From positions 1 through 52,967 of IMG/VR virus record IMGVR_UViG_3300043683_000021: a DNA stretch of 52,967 bases. One strand, 5' to 3'. How positions within the stretch are numbered: the first letter of the stretch is position 1; each line of letters begins with the position of its first letter. This document shows positions 36,226 to 45,102 of this stretch, piece by piece. Below the pieces are notes generated by a model that saw only the letters and a program-made list of their open reading frames with translations, did not search any database and was not told the origin of the DNA. The position numbers were made by a program, and so were the translations under genes. This DNA comes from a virus (lineage: Duplodnaviria; Caudoviricetes).

Positions 36226-36932
36226 TTGATGAGGCGGCCGAGGACGTAGAAAAACGCGGCGATGCCGCCCTTCTCGACGAGCGCGATGCGCTTCGTACTC
36301 GCGAGCCGCTCCTCCGTGTTCCGATTGAGCCGGGCGAGCGCCGCTGCCATCGAATCCGCATGCGCTCGTGCGGAGTCCGACGCCGCCAACGCCGCGCCGC
36401 AGTCGTGATTTACGCGTTCACACGCTTCGCCCAGAGAGTCGTAATCCAGCTTGCTCACGACGTCCATCGGGACGAGCGGCTGCGAGTCGCTGTAGGTCAC
36501 GCCATCCTGCGCCGCCGCAGGGACCATCGGCACCTGGACGGTGATCGTCTTCACGTCGTGGATGAGCTGCCGCACGCGCACCGTGTCGTGCTTCACGACG
36601 CCGGTGAGCGCCACGTACCGCGCGCGCCACGCGACGCCGAGCTTGTGCTCATTCGTGGCCTTTGTCTTCTCGAGATGCGCGGTCGCCTCGAGTGTCGCCA
36701 TGTGCTCGAGATGCCAGATGTACGCGCGCCAGCCGCCGACGAGGACGGCGATCACCACGCACACGAGCAGCACGCGATGCCGCTGGACGGTCTGCTTCAA
36801 CCGCAGCTCCGCCGCCTCGAGCGACTTGAGGCTGACTTCCATCATGGCCGCGATCGTGTTCGGATCGGCGGGGGCGGTCGAGTACGGGCTCGGCTGCGTC
36901 GGATTCGGCGTCGGCGGCACGGGCGGCGTCAT
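36222..36932 (-). CDS. Spanin-like membrane/coiled-coil protein
   Basis: TM segment VLLVCVVIAVLVGGW, periplasmic coiled coil with two Cys, C-terminal hydrophobic helix; within the lysis cassette. Confidence 0.55.
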   Translation of the reverse strand: MTPPVPPTPNPTQPSPYSTAPADPNTIAAMMEVSLKSLEAAELRLKQTVQRHRVLLVCVVIAVLVGGWRAYIWHLEHMATLEATAHLEKTKATNEHKLGVAWRARYVALTGVVKHDTVRVRQLIHDVKTITVQVPMVPAAAQDGVTYSDSQPLVPMDVVSKLDYDSLGEACERVNHDCGAALAASDSARAHADSMAAALARLNRNTEERLASTKRIALVEKGGIAAFFYVLGRLIK

Positions 36933-37330
36933 GGCGTCCCCTGCTGGATTTGGAGCAGATGACACGGGAACGCGAACGGCTCCATTGGATGCGGATCGGA
37001 CGGCGGCGTGGGCCCCTGCAGAAGCAGATGGAGCAGCTCGTGCCGCACGACCCAGCCGGTATCCGGCAGCCCCTGCGTGATGAACATCGTGTCGCCGGGA
37101 ACCCAGCGAGCGAACACGCGATGCCCGCCGATCGAGACGAGCGACTCGGGGATCACCACGAGCTGCGCGAGCGCATGGCCGGGAATCGGCAGCCGCCCGC
37201 TGCAGCTTTGCACGCGCTCCCATGCGGATTCGTAGCGCACGCTGTCGAGCGGGGCGCGGCGATCGGCGGCCGCGGGCGCGCTGGCGCCACAGAGGAGGAG
37301 CGCCGCGACGAGCAGCGAAGCGCCCTTCAC
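36929..37330 (-). CDS. Exported HExxH zinc-metallopeptidase-like protein
   Basis: Signal peptide MKGASLLVAALLLCGASAPAAA; VVRHELLHLL and a downstream DPH. Confidence 0.7.
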   Translation of the reverse strand: MKGASLLVAALLLCGASAPAAADRRAPLDSVRYESAWERVQSCSGRLPIPGHALAQLVVIPESLVSIGGHRVFARWVPGDTMFITQGLPDTGWVVRHELLHLLLQGPTPPSDPHPMEPFAFPCHLLQIQQGTP

Positions 37331-37875
37331 GCGTGCACCGTCAATGCGTATGGTATCGTGCGCCGCGCATACTTCGTCATCTCGGCTTTGACGAGCGCGT
37401 AGAACTCCGGCCACTGAGACGGCGGGATCGTCTGGCACCCCTCGCTCGAGGTCGAGCCCTCGCCGCCGTGGTGGATGTTGATGCCGAGGTAGCCCGTGTC
37501 TTCTTTCCCACCGTCACGCGTAACAGTCACCGGCGCGGCTTGCACGAGCGCGGGATACTGGCGCGGGCCCACGGGGTGACTCAGCCCGTGAATGCCGAGC
37601 TTGTAGAGCCAGACGCCGGGCTTGAGCGTGGCGATGCCGGGGAGCTGGCGCGACGGATCGGTGTTCGCGTTGAAGGTCGCGTAGCGCGTCGGCGTGACGA
37701 GGAGCATCGCATCGTCATACACGCCGAGATCGTTGACGCCGGGCGTGCCCATCGTGTCCGCGTAGTACCCGCGGCGACCGATCAGTGCGAAATTCTCGAC
37801 GCCCACCGCGGTGAGCAGCTCGAGCGCGGCGATGCGCCCCATCTCGGGGCGCGCGTGCGGGAGGAGATCGCTCAT
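37327..37875 (-). CDS. Putative endolysin with an L,D-transpeptidase (YkuD)-like catalytic motif
   Basis: GINIHHGG...SSEGCQ (H...SxGC); NDLGVYDD and NTDP motifs; directly after the holin. Confidence 0.7.
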   Translation of the reverse strand: MSDLLPHARPEMGRIAALELLTAVGVENFALIGRRGYYADTMGTPGVNDLGVYDDAMLLVTPTRYATFNANTDPSRQLPGIATLKPGVWLYKLGIHGLSHPVGPRQYPALVQAAPVTVTRDGGKEDTGYLGINIHHGGEGSTSSEGCQTIPPSQWPEFYALVKAEMTKYARRTIPYALTVHA

Positions 37876-38198
37876 TGCGGCGGCTCCGGCGTCGCGACGA
37901 TGATCGGCGGGCGCGGGAGGAGGAGCTCCGGCTTCTGTGTGCTCTTCGTGCGGACGATGAGCGGGAGAATGCCGCCGGTGACGAGAATGGACACGATGCG
38001 CCAGTCCGGCACGAGCCCGGCGGCGGTGCACGCGATGAGGTAGCGGTGCAGCGAGTACCACATCAGGAACGCGATGATGCGCACGCTCGAGGTGGTGTGG
38101 CGATGCGGATCGGTGACGGCGCCGAGCAGCCAGCTCACGCAGAACTTGAACAGGCTACGCGGGCGGCGCGGCGGGCGCTCGAGGAGGAGGTCAGCCAC
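37872..38198 (-). CDS. Putative holin
   Basis: 108 aa with 2-3 hydrophobic segments and an SSVR motif before the TM; upstream of the lysin. Confidence 0.6.
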   Translation of the reverse strand: MADLLLERPPRRPRSLFKFCVSWLLGAVTDPHRHTTSSVRIIAFLMWYSLHRYLIACTAAGLVPDWRIVSILVTGGILPLIVRTKSTQKPELLLPRPPIIVATPEPPQ

Positions 38199-38523
38199 TG
38201 ACCACCCCCGATTCGCCGCTGAGTCGCGGAAGCTGTCCGGTCACGAACGTCTCGAGCGCGGCGCCTTTCTTCTCGATGTTGCCGATGCGGATGGAGGTCG
38301 CCTTTGCGACGTTGTTCAAGTCCGTCTCGAGCTTCTCGATGCGTTGCTCGAGCTTCCCGCGCTCTTTCGCTTCGTTGGTGAGCGCGAGATCACGCGACTC
38401 TTCGAGCTGTTCGCGCTTGCCCTCCGCCTTCAGTTCGCGCTTCCGTCGGCGGATGTACGCGGGCACGAACGCGACGAGCGCGCCACCGAGAAAGAGCAGG
38501 ACTTGGAAGAGATGCTCGTTCAT
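38191..38523 (-). CDS. N-terminal TM plus coiled-coil protein (holin/antiholin-like)
   Basis: LFQVLLFLGGALVAFVPAYI followed by RRRKR and a coiled coil; start at ATG 38523. Confidence 0.65.
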   Translation of the reverse strand: MNEHLFQVLLFLGGALVAFVPAYIRRRKRELKAEGKREQLEESRDLALTNEAKERGKLEQRIEKLETDLNNVAKATSIRIGNIEKKGAALETFVTGQLPRLSGESGVVSG

Positions 38524-38535
38524 GCGGGACTCCGG

Positions 38536-38604
38536 AAAACGAAAAGCGGCCACATCTCCGCGAAGGGAGGTGTGGCCGCGATAAGGCGTGCCCGAGTGAA
38601 TTAA
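38536..38604 (-). promoter_or_regulatory. Conserved late leader element, copy 4 (before the lysis cassette)
   Basis: Minus strand: TTAATTCACTCGGGCACGCCTTATC-GCGGCCACACCTCCC-TTCG-CGGAGATGTGGCCGC-TTTTCGTTTT. Confidence 0.85.
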
Positions 38605-38671
38605 TCGTCTGAGCGCTGCTGCCTAAATATTACGATTCAGGGCGGTTCGCGCCACGACTATTTCCGACCGG

Positions 38672-39850
38672 TCAGTCCGACACCCATGCGCGCGCGAGCG
38701 CGGCGACCCCGGTACCCGTGCCCGAGGGATTCGGATAGCCGACTTCCATCACGACTTGCGAGCATCGCACGTTGCCGCTAGTAACGTCCGTCATGACGCC
38801 TGCTTCTGCCGACTGGACGCCGACATGCGTCCATGCGGCCAGCGTGTTCGGATCAATCGTCGAACTGACGAAAAAATACTGGTAACCGGCACTTCCGGGC
38901 GTGATGAACTTGCCAGTCAAAGAGCTGGGACCAGAGTACAGGATGGCCGCCACGTCGCGCGCTGCACCCGGTTCATCGCGTACGCTCGCCACAGCCTGCA
39001 CAACACTGATGAGTGTCGCCGCGCCGACGAGATTTTGCATCGAAAAGGTCTGCAGGATGCCGCTCCCCCCTGCCAAGAGGTAACTCGTGTCGCCGTCGTT
39101 TGGCGTCTCGTTCACCGCCGTGTAGGGCTGACCACCCGTGCCTCCCACTTGCGTCGGCCAGCCCGTTCCAAATGTGCCCGCACCGTTTGGATAGAGCGCA
39201 TCGACACGTAGATCGCTCTTAGCCCCTTCATTGCTGACGTACAGGTTGTCGTAGCGGTAGTCTGGCGTCCCGCCTGCGGAGCCATTGCCGACACGGACGC
39301 CACTAAGAGTATTGTTTGATTGCCACCGGAACGACACCTGATCCCTCGACGCCCAGAGCACGGGGCCTGAGCCTGAACCATCATCGACGTAAACTTGCAT
39401 TTCATCGGGGTGCAGAGCGGTCGTCGGCCCCAGCCCTGCATACGCCTGAACCGAGTACCACGCGCCCGCCGTCATCGTGAGTGTTGAGGTGGCGAGGGGC
39501 GTCGCTGTCGCTTCGATCTGCTGCAACGTGACGTGTCCGGTCGCATCCACGGCAACACTGCACTGACCGTTGCCGAACGTATCGAGGAACATGAGAATAT
39601 TCGCGGAGCCGGTGGCTGGCGTACCGACGAACTGAAACGAGATGCCCGCCCATAGTGAACTCGGCGGGCCGGGGAACGGGAACACCTTGTAGACGGCGCC
39701 GAGTCCGTTGAGCACGCGGAGTCCTTGCGTCCCATCGCGCGCCGCCGTTGCCGTCAGCGTCGCCACGGTCCCGCCACCGTTCACCGTGTCCCAATATTGC
39801 CCGAGCTGTGCGGTCGAGAGATAGTCGAAGCTGTGCACGAAGACCGTCAT
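38672..39850 (-). CDS. Minor tail/receptor-binding protein (jelly-roll)
   Basis: 392 aa, Gly/Thr-rich; YRYDNLYV, VNETPNDGDTSY and DPNTLAAWT motifs; last tail gene. Confidence 0.7.
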   Translation of the reverse strand: MTVFVHSFDYLSTAQLGQYWDTVNGGGTVATLTATAARDGTQGLRVLNGLGAVYKVFPFPGPPSSLWAGISFQFVGTPATGSANILMFLDTFGNGQCSVAVDATGHVTLQQIEATATPLATSTLTMTAGAWYSVQAYAGLGPTTALHPDEMQVYVDDGSGSGPVLWASRDQVSFRWQSNNTLSGVRVGNGSAGGTPDYRYDNLYVSNEGAKSDLRVDALYPNGAGTFGTGWPTQVGGTGGQPYTAVNETPNDGDTSYLLAGGSGILQTFSMQNLVGAATLISVVQAVASVRDEPGAARDVAAILYSGPSSLTGKFITPGSAGYQYFFVSSTIDPNTLAAWTHVGVQSAEAGVMTDVTSGNVRCSQVVMEVGYPNPSGTGTGVAALARAWVSD

Positions 39851-42678
39851 GACTTCACCCCTCGCACCGCGATGACGATCTTCGTTGGCGCGCCAGTGAA
39901 TGACACGAGCTTCGCGCGGAAGAGCGTGTCCGCCACCCACGTTTTCGTCCAGCCGGTCAGACTCGTGGCCGAATTCTTCGATTGCGAGGAGAGCATGAGC
40001 TGCTCACTCGCGGTGATCGACGCGAGCGAGTCCGTCGCATAATCGGTCGCCAGAATATCGACGACGGCGGTACAGCTCACCGCCGCGCCGGTCGCGTCGT
40101 ACGCTTCGATCTCCCAGCGATCGAACACGAGCCCGTAGGGCACGCGGGACGTCTGGCCGTAGGTATCCGCGACGACGCTCGTCGTGTTCTTCCCGTCGCC
40201 GAACTCCCCGAACAGCGCGCACGGCGTGCCCGCTGCGACGTTGCTGCCGATCGTGAGATAGGCTTTCTCGCTCTCATTCCCATCGGCATCGTAGGCGAAC
40301 GCCGTCACGTAATCGACGCCGCCGGCGGCCAAGGGCGAGGCCGCGGGCACGTACGTGAAGGGCGCCGAACTGTCGGCGGTCCCTGCACGCGTCGTCGTGT
40401 CGTCCGGTGGCCCGCTGGTCGAGTCGGCGAATTTCACGCTTGCCACATTCGACCCGACAATCGCCGTCACCGCGAGCACGCCGCCCGTGGTGATCGTGTA
40501 CGTGAGCTGGGGCGCGGGCGGCTTCTGCAGCACATCGAAGGTGACCGTGCCCGTTTCGGTGGCGAGCGTGCCATCCGGCCTCGCATACGTCACGCGCCAG
40601 TGAATGAGGCTCGCGTACTGCGCATCCAAGGTGACCGACGTGTGATACGGATAGCTCGCGGGCGCCCATGCGCTCAAGGTCGACTGGCCGCTCTGCGTCT
40701 GGAACTCGACCAGCGTGAGGCGCGTGTCGGGATCGTCCACCACGAGCGAGACGTACCCCGTCGTCGCGTCACGATCCTCTGACACGGTCACGACCGGCAC
40801 GGCGTTCGGCATGCCGTGCGAGGGATCGTTGTACGTGACGCCGCTCGGCGCGTACGCGGGCGCCGCTGGGATCGCGAACACGTCCTGCACGCACTCGATC
40901 GTGAGCTTACTGTCGTTCCGTCCGCCGCGCGTGATCTTGGCCACGCGCATCACCATCTCGGACACGCCCGCGCGCGCCCACGAGTAGCGGAAGGGCGAGC
41001 CTTCGTGCAGATCGAAGCCCGAGCGATTGACGACCAGCGTCGCCTTGGCGAGCGGCGTCGAGAGGGCGCGGAGATCCCGCTGTGCGAGCCGCAACGCCAA
41101 GTCCTCGCGCGTCACGCCCTTGTATTCGATCGTCGTCGAGACCACGCGGCCCACAGCCAGGACGCTTGCGGTGTTCTTCGCGCTGACCTGATTCTTTTTG
41201 TACAGCCGCGAGCGATCGGTGAAGGTGACCTTGACCTCGTTCACCGTCTCTTGCGCGGCGCCCTGCGTGAAATCGGAATCAAGGATGTTCGACTCGTTAT
41301 AGAGCGGGAGCGTCGCCGGATCGTAGTCGCCCCGGATGAGCTGGATGCCGAGCTTGCCGCTCGCCGGATCGATGAACGGCACCGCGTCGATCGTGCGGTA
41401 CACCTCATCGATGTACTCTTGGGCCGACGCCTGGTTGTCCAGCACGTAGCTCAGGAAGAGTTGATCGGTGCCCGAGTTGATGCAGCAATAGACGCTGGCC
41501 GCTTGCCACGACGCGGCGAGATCAAGCTCGCTGTCGTTCAGGCCGATGCCCCAGAGGCGATCGGTCATGAGCTCGTAGATGATTGCGATCGGATTCGCAT
41601 CGCCCTCGTTCTGCGAGAGCGCATCGTCCAGATAGAACTCGCTGGGGAAGCCGCGCGGACTCCGCTGCAGCTCGAAGCCCAATGGGCGAGGCGTCGAGTT
41701 CTGCCCGAGGATGGTATTCTCGTAGGTGATGTAGCAGAGATTCGGGTACGCCGGCACCGTGCCCAGGGTCGAGCCCGGCGTGCCTACGGCGAGCGGTTGG
41801 CCCTCGATCGCGCTCCCCGCGAACGTGATCGAGAAGGTGCCCAAGGGCGACGGCGTGCCGAGCGCATTGTATCCCAGCACGCCGACGTAGAGCGTCTGTC
41901 CGCTCGTGAGCGACGAATAGTTGAACGACCACGGCTTGCCGGCGACGAGCGTGCCGCCGGTCACCGCCGCGAAGTCGGGCCGCGTCGTCGTGCTCGTCGC
42001 GTAGCGGATACTCCGGATGTCGCGCTGAAAGAAGAAGAACACCGTGACCAGGCCCGCCGCGTCCACCGTGTAGGAGACGCCCGGCATCGCGGGCAGCGGG
42101 AAATTGGCCCAGAACAGATTCTGCGATTGGTTCCGCGTGCCGGCGTAGAAGTGCATCTTGCCCGTCACGCCGCCGCCGGTGTCTTTGTCGCCGTAGAGGC
42201 GGGGCGCCCGGACCGTCAAGATGGCGTCGCCTTCGTTGAGCGGGTCACTCGCGAGCGCCGTCGGCACATCGAACGGGAAGGTGATGCCCGCGACCGGCGC
42301 CGTGGCATAGGTGACCGTCTGTCCGGTTTGGACGGTGCCGGTGATACTCGCGACATAGGTGACGTCGGGAATCTCGGAGAAGCGGTGCCCGGTGTCGGAG
42401 ATGATGTCCCAGAGCTTCGTCACCTCGCCGATGCAGAGCGCGACGATCATTGACGCGGAGTAATTGTTGATGCCGGTGTCCACCTCGTGCGGGCGGTAAT
42501 TCAGGAACGCGATCACGTTTCCGCTCAAGAGGCCACGACCAAACAGCACCGGAATCGGCGTGGCCGCGTCGGTCGTCGGGATCGAGACGGGCGACGCGCT
42601 CGGCCCTTTCGGTCGGAAGAGGAGCGCCGAGACGATCGAGAGGACGATCTGAATCGCGAGCAGGATGAGGAAGTGCAT
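39847..42678 (-). CDS. Tail tip/central hub protein (GTA-like phage-tail_3) with Ig/FN3-like modules
   Basis: PIPVLFG..GNVI, PAYPNLCY, ANPIAIIYELMTD..WGIG and ETVNEVKVTFTDR motifs; start at ATG 42678. Confidence 0.85.
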   Translation of the reverse strand: MHFLILLAIQIVLSIVSALLFRPKGPSASPVSIPTTDAATPIPVLFGRGLLSGNVIAFLNYRPHEVDTGINNYSASMIVALCIGEVTKLWDIISDTGHRFSEIPDVTYVASITGTVQTGQTVTYATAPVAGITFPFDVPTALASDPLNEGDAILTVRAPRLYGDKDTGGGVTGKMHFYAGTRNQSQNLFWANFPLPAMPGVSYTVDAAGLVTVFFFFQRDIRSIRYATSTTTRPDFAAVTGGTLVAGKPWSFNYSSLTSGQTLYVGVLGYNALGTPSPLGTFSITFAGSAIEGQPLAVGTPGSTLGTVPAYPNLCYITYENTILGQNSTPRPLGFELQRSPRGFPSEFYLDDALSQNEGDANPIAIIYELMTDRLWGIGLNDSELDLAASWQAASVYCCINSGTDQLFLSYVLDNQASAQEYIDEVYRTIDAVPFIDPASGKLGIQLIRGDYDPATLPLYNESNILDSDFTQGAAQETVNEVKVTFTDRSRLYKKNQVSAKNTASVLAVGRVVSTTIEYKGVTREDLALRLAQRDLRALSTPLAKATLVVNRSGFDLHEGSPFRYSWARAGVSEMVMRVAKITRGGRNDSKLTIECVQDVFAIPAAPAYAPSGVTYNDPSHGMPNAVPVVTVSEDRDATTGYVSLVVDDPDTRLTLVEFQTQSGQSTLSAWAPASYPYHTSVTLDAQYASLIHWRVTYARPDGTLATETGTVTFDVLQKPPAPQLTYTITTGGVLAVTAIVGSNVASVKFADSTSGPPDDTTTRAGTADSSAPFTYVPAASPLAAGGVDYVTAFAYDADGNESEKAYLTIGSNVAAGTPCALFGEFGDGKNTTSVVADTYGQTSRVPYGLVFDRWEIEAYDATGAAVSCTAVVDILATDYATDSLASITASEQLMLSSQSKNSATSLTGWTKTWVADTLFRAKLVSFTGAPTKIVIAVRGVKS

Positions 42679-42704
42679 CGCTAGGCCGCCATCCGAAGAG
42701 GCAT

Positions 42705-43553
42705 CTAGTTGAGCCCCTGCGTAAACGGATTCTTGGTCGGCATGTAGGGAAAGCCCAGGAAGTTCTGGAGGTTCACGAACTTCCTGGCGCACGTGCCGAT
42801 CGATCCATCGCAGCCCGCAGTGAGCGTGAGCGTCGCGCCGACCGTGAGCGCGGCGGGGAGTGCGGTCATCGAGACCACGAGCGCCACGCCCGACGCGGCG
42901 GTGTGCGAGATGATGAAGTTCGGCTCGTTCGAGCCCGTGAGGCGGAAGTAGCCGGCGGCGAAGTAGCCCGCTGTCCCGTACGGGTTGGTGGAGGCGTCGA
43001 CCGTGAACGACGGGCCATCCGGGGAGCCGCCGACCGCGCCCTGCGCAAACACCGCGAGCACTGTCGCGTCCCACGTGAAATCCTGCGCGATGATTCCACA
43101 GTAGGCATCGTAGACGACGTGATTGCACGTCGGCAGGAACGTGAGCCGTGGCACCGGCTGCTGCAGCAGGCTCGCGGCCATCGAAAACGTCACCTCGACC
43201 GTCGTGCCGCGCCACCGGACGCTGGAAATGCGCCCGCGCGCGACGAGTGCCTTGTCGGTGGCGCCCGGCTGATAGCGAAAGATTGTGAGCGTGGCGAGCC
43301 GATAATTCGGCGAGCCCGTGAGCATGCCCGAGACGACCGGCAGTGTGTGGTCCAGCGTGACCGTCACCGTCGACTGCGCTTCCTCGTGACTGTCGGTTGT
43401 CGCGCTCCGCGAAATCACCGCCGGCTCATAGGCGAGGGTGTTCACCGTCACCGCTGAGCGCCCATCGGTGTAGCGCCAGAACGAGGTGCCGAGCTGGAAC
43501 ACGTAGAGCTCGACGGGCTTGCCGCCTAGCTTCTCGAGCGAGAGGAAACTCAT
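42705..43553 (-). CDS. BR0599/DUF2163 tail hub protein
   Basis: PVELYVF, CNHVVYDAYCG and AGCDGSIGTCARKFVNLQNFLGFPYMP. Confidence 0.92.
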   Translation of the reverse strand: MSFLSLEKLGGKPVELYVFQLGTSFWRYTDGRSAVTVNTLAYEPAVISRSATTDSHEEAQSTVTVTLDHTLPVVSGMLTGSPNYRLATLTIFRYQPGATDKALVARGRISSVRWRGTTVEVTFSMAASLLQQPVPRLTFLPTCNHVVYDAYCGIIAQDFTWDATVLAVFAQGAVGGSPDGPSFTVDASTNPYGTAGYFAAGYFRLTGSNEPNFIISHTAASGVALVVSMTALPAALTVGATLTLTAGCDGSIGTCARKFVNLQNFLGFPYMPTKNPFTQGLN

Positions 43554-43575
43554 AGGTCAGTCCTCACGGCTGTTC

Positions 43576-44226
43576 TCACGGTTGCTCTCCGGTGATGGTC
43601 GCGAAGGAGACGGCGATGTCGACGAGTTCGCGCGTGTACCACGTCTGCGCGAGCGTATCGGTATCGAGTCGCGCGAGACGGAGGAGACTCAGGCCCTGCG
43701 TCCCGACCTCGAGCGTCGCGAGGATGTCGGCGGGCGACCCGCTGCCGCCGCGGCCCGTCAAGGTCCAGGTAATCGTTTCGGTGCCGTCACCGTTGTCGAC
43801 GGCGCCTGTCACGGTTGCCGCCGCTGCCATCGCGCCGCCCCTGGTGAAGGCGTAGAGGTGATTGGCGGAGGGATCGGCGGCGAGCATCGCGGCGTAACCG
43901 GCGGAGCGAATGATCCAGGTCGCGCCGGCATTGCTCAGCACTTCAAAGTCCAGCTGGAACGTCGGGCACCAAAACGCGCCATAGCGCCCGAGCCGTGCCG
44001 TGAGCCACGCCCAGACCGCGGCGTGATCCGCGCGCGAGAAGCAGCGATAGACCGCCTTCTGCGCGTGGACCGGATAGAGCGCGGGCGCGGTGACGGCGAA
44101 CGCCCCTGAGGGTACATCCATCCGCTCGCGTGGAGTCGTCCACTGGCCGCTCCGTGACAGGATGCCGTCTGGCACCCAGGAGAGCACGTCCGAGCCCTGA
44201 AAGGCGAATGGCGCGACGCCCTGCAC
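43576..44226 (-). CDS. Distal tail protein, C-terminal module
   Basis: WLTARLGRYGAFWCPTF and LARLDTD motifs; GTG start directly after the in-frame TAA of the upstream gene, with a GGAG SD. Confidence 0.75.
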   Translation of the reverse strand: MQGVAPFAFQGSDVLSWVPDGILSRSGQWTTPRERMDVPSGAFAVTAPALYPVHAQKAVYRCFSRADHAAVWAWLTARLGRYGAFWCPTFQLDFEVLSNAGATWIIRSAGYAAMLAADPSANHLYAFTRGGAMAAAATVTGAVDNGDGTETITWTLTGRGGSGSPADILATLEVGTQGLSLLRLARLDTDTLAQTWYTRELVDIAVSFATITGEQP

Positions 44227-45102
44227 TTAGGACTCCACCGGCACGGTCGTCGACGCTGCGCCCGAGGTCGCCGTGACATCGGTATTGGTGAAGAGAAACG
44301 CGTCGACCTTCCGGATGATGCACGTCTGCCCGTAGAGGCCAACCTTCTGCACGGTGGCGATCGTCGCATCCGCGGTCGTCCACGTCACGGGCGCCTCAGG
44401 GATCTCGATCCCGTCGGCGTCGAGGACTTCCGCATGCGCGACGATATACGCGCCCTGATTGAAGTAGTCGTTGTCGAAGAAGTCGAAGACGATGACGACG
44501 GTGACCGCGACGCTCGTCGTCGGCCCCGTCGTCGGGAGCGGCGCGGCCTCCCACTCGGCATCGATCTGCACATCGGCCAGCACGCCGCCGATGTACGTGC
44601 GCTGCATCGGCAGGGTGAGTATGGCGGGCGCGATCGGCAGCACCTCGACGTCGGTGTTCCCGGTCCACGCGAGCGTCGCCGCGTCGCCCGTGATGTCGAG
44701 CGCATCGTCCGCGACGCCCGCGATCGTTCGCACCTCAAACACGCCCGACGTGCGCTTCCAGATGAGCGCGTAGTCGCCCACCGCGAAGCCGCGATCGGTC
44801 GTGTCGCAGGCGATGCTCGTCCCGCCGATCGCGACATCCGCAGTCAGGAGTGACGCGTCGGGCCAGCGCGGCATGTTGACGCGGCCCGTGGGCGCTTGCG
44901 CCAGAAGCACTGCCAAGCCCCCCACGTCGGCGGCGGTCAGGAGGCGCGCGGTGTATTTGATCGTCTCGGCGGGCGCGTCGCGCTGCGAGATACGCATCTC
45001 CGCACCGTTCTCGCCGGGTAGGATGTCCGTGAGCCACGCACTCGACATCTCGATGCCAGTGGTCCAATCCGGCGGGAGGAGAAACGCGGTCGGCGGCGTC
45101 AT
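44227..45102 (-). CDS. Distal tail protein, N-terminal module plus C-terminal Ig-like (Big_2) domain
   Basis: PPDWTTGIEMSSAWLTDIL...GAEMRIS; ends with VTWTTADATIATV...VTATSGAASTTVPV. Confidence 0.8.
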   Translation of the reverse strand: MTPPTAFLLPPDWTTGIEMSSAWLTDILPGENGAEMRISQRDAPAETIKYTARLLTAADVGGLAVLLAQAPTGRVNMPRWPDASLLTADVAIGGTSIACDTTDRGFAVGDYALIWKRTSGVFEVRTIAGVADDALDITGDAATLAWTGNTDVEVLPIAPAILTLPMQRTYIGGVLADVQIDAEWEAAPLPTTGPTTSVAVTVVIVFDFFDNDYFNQGAYIVAHAEVLDADGIEIPEAPVTWTTADATIATVQKVGLYGQTCIIRKVDAFLFTNTDVTATSGAASTTVPVES

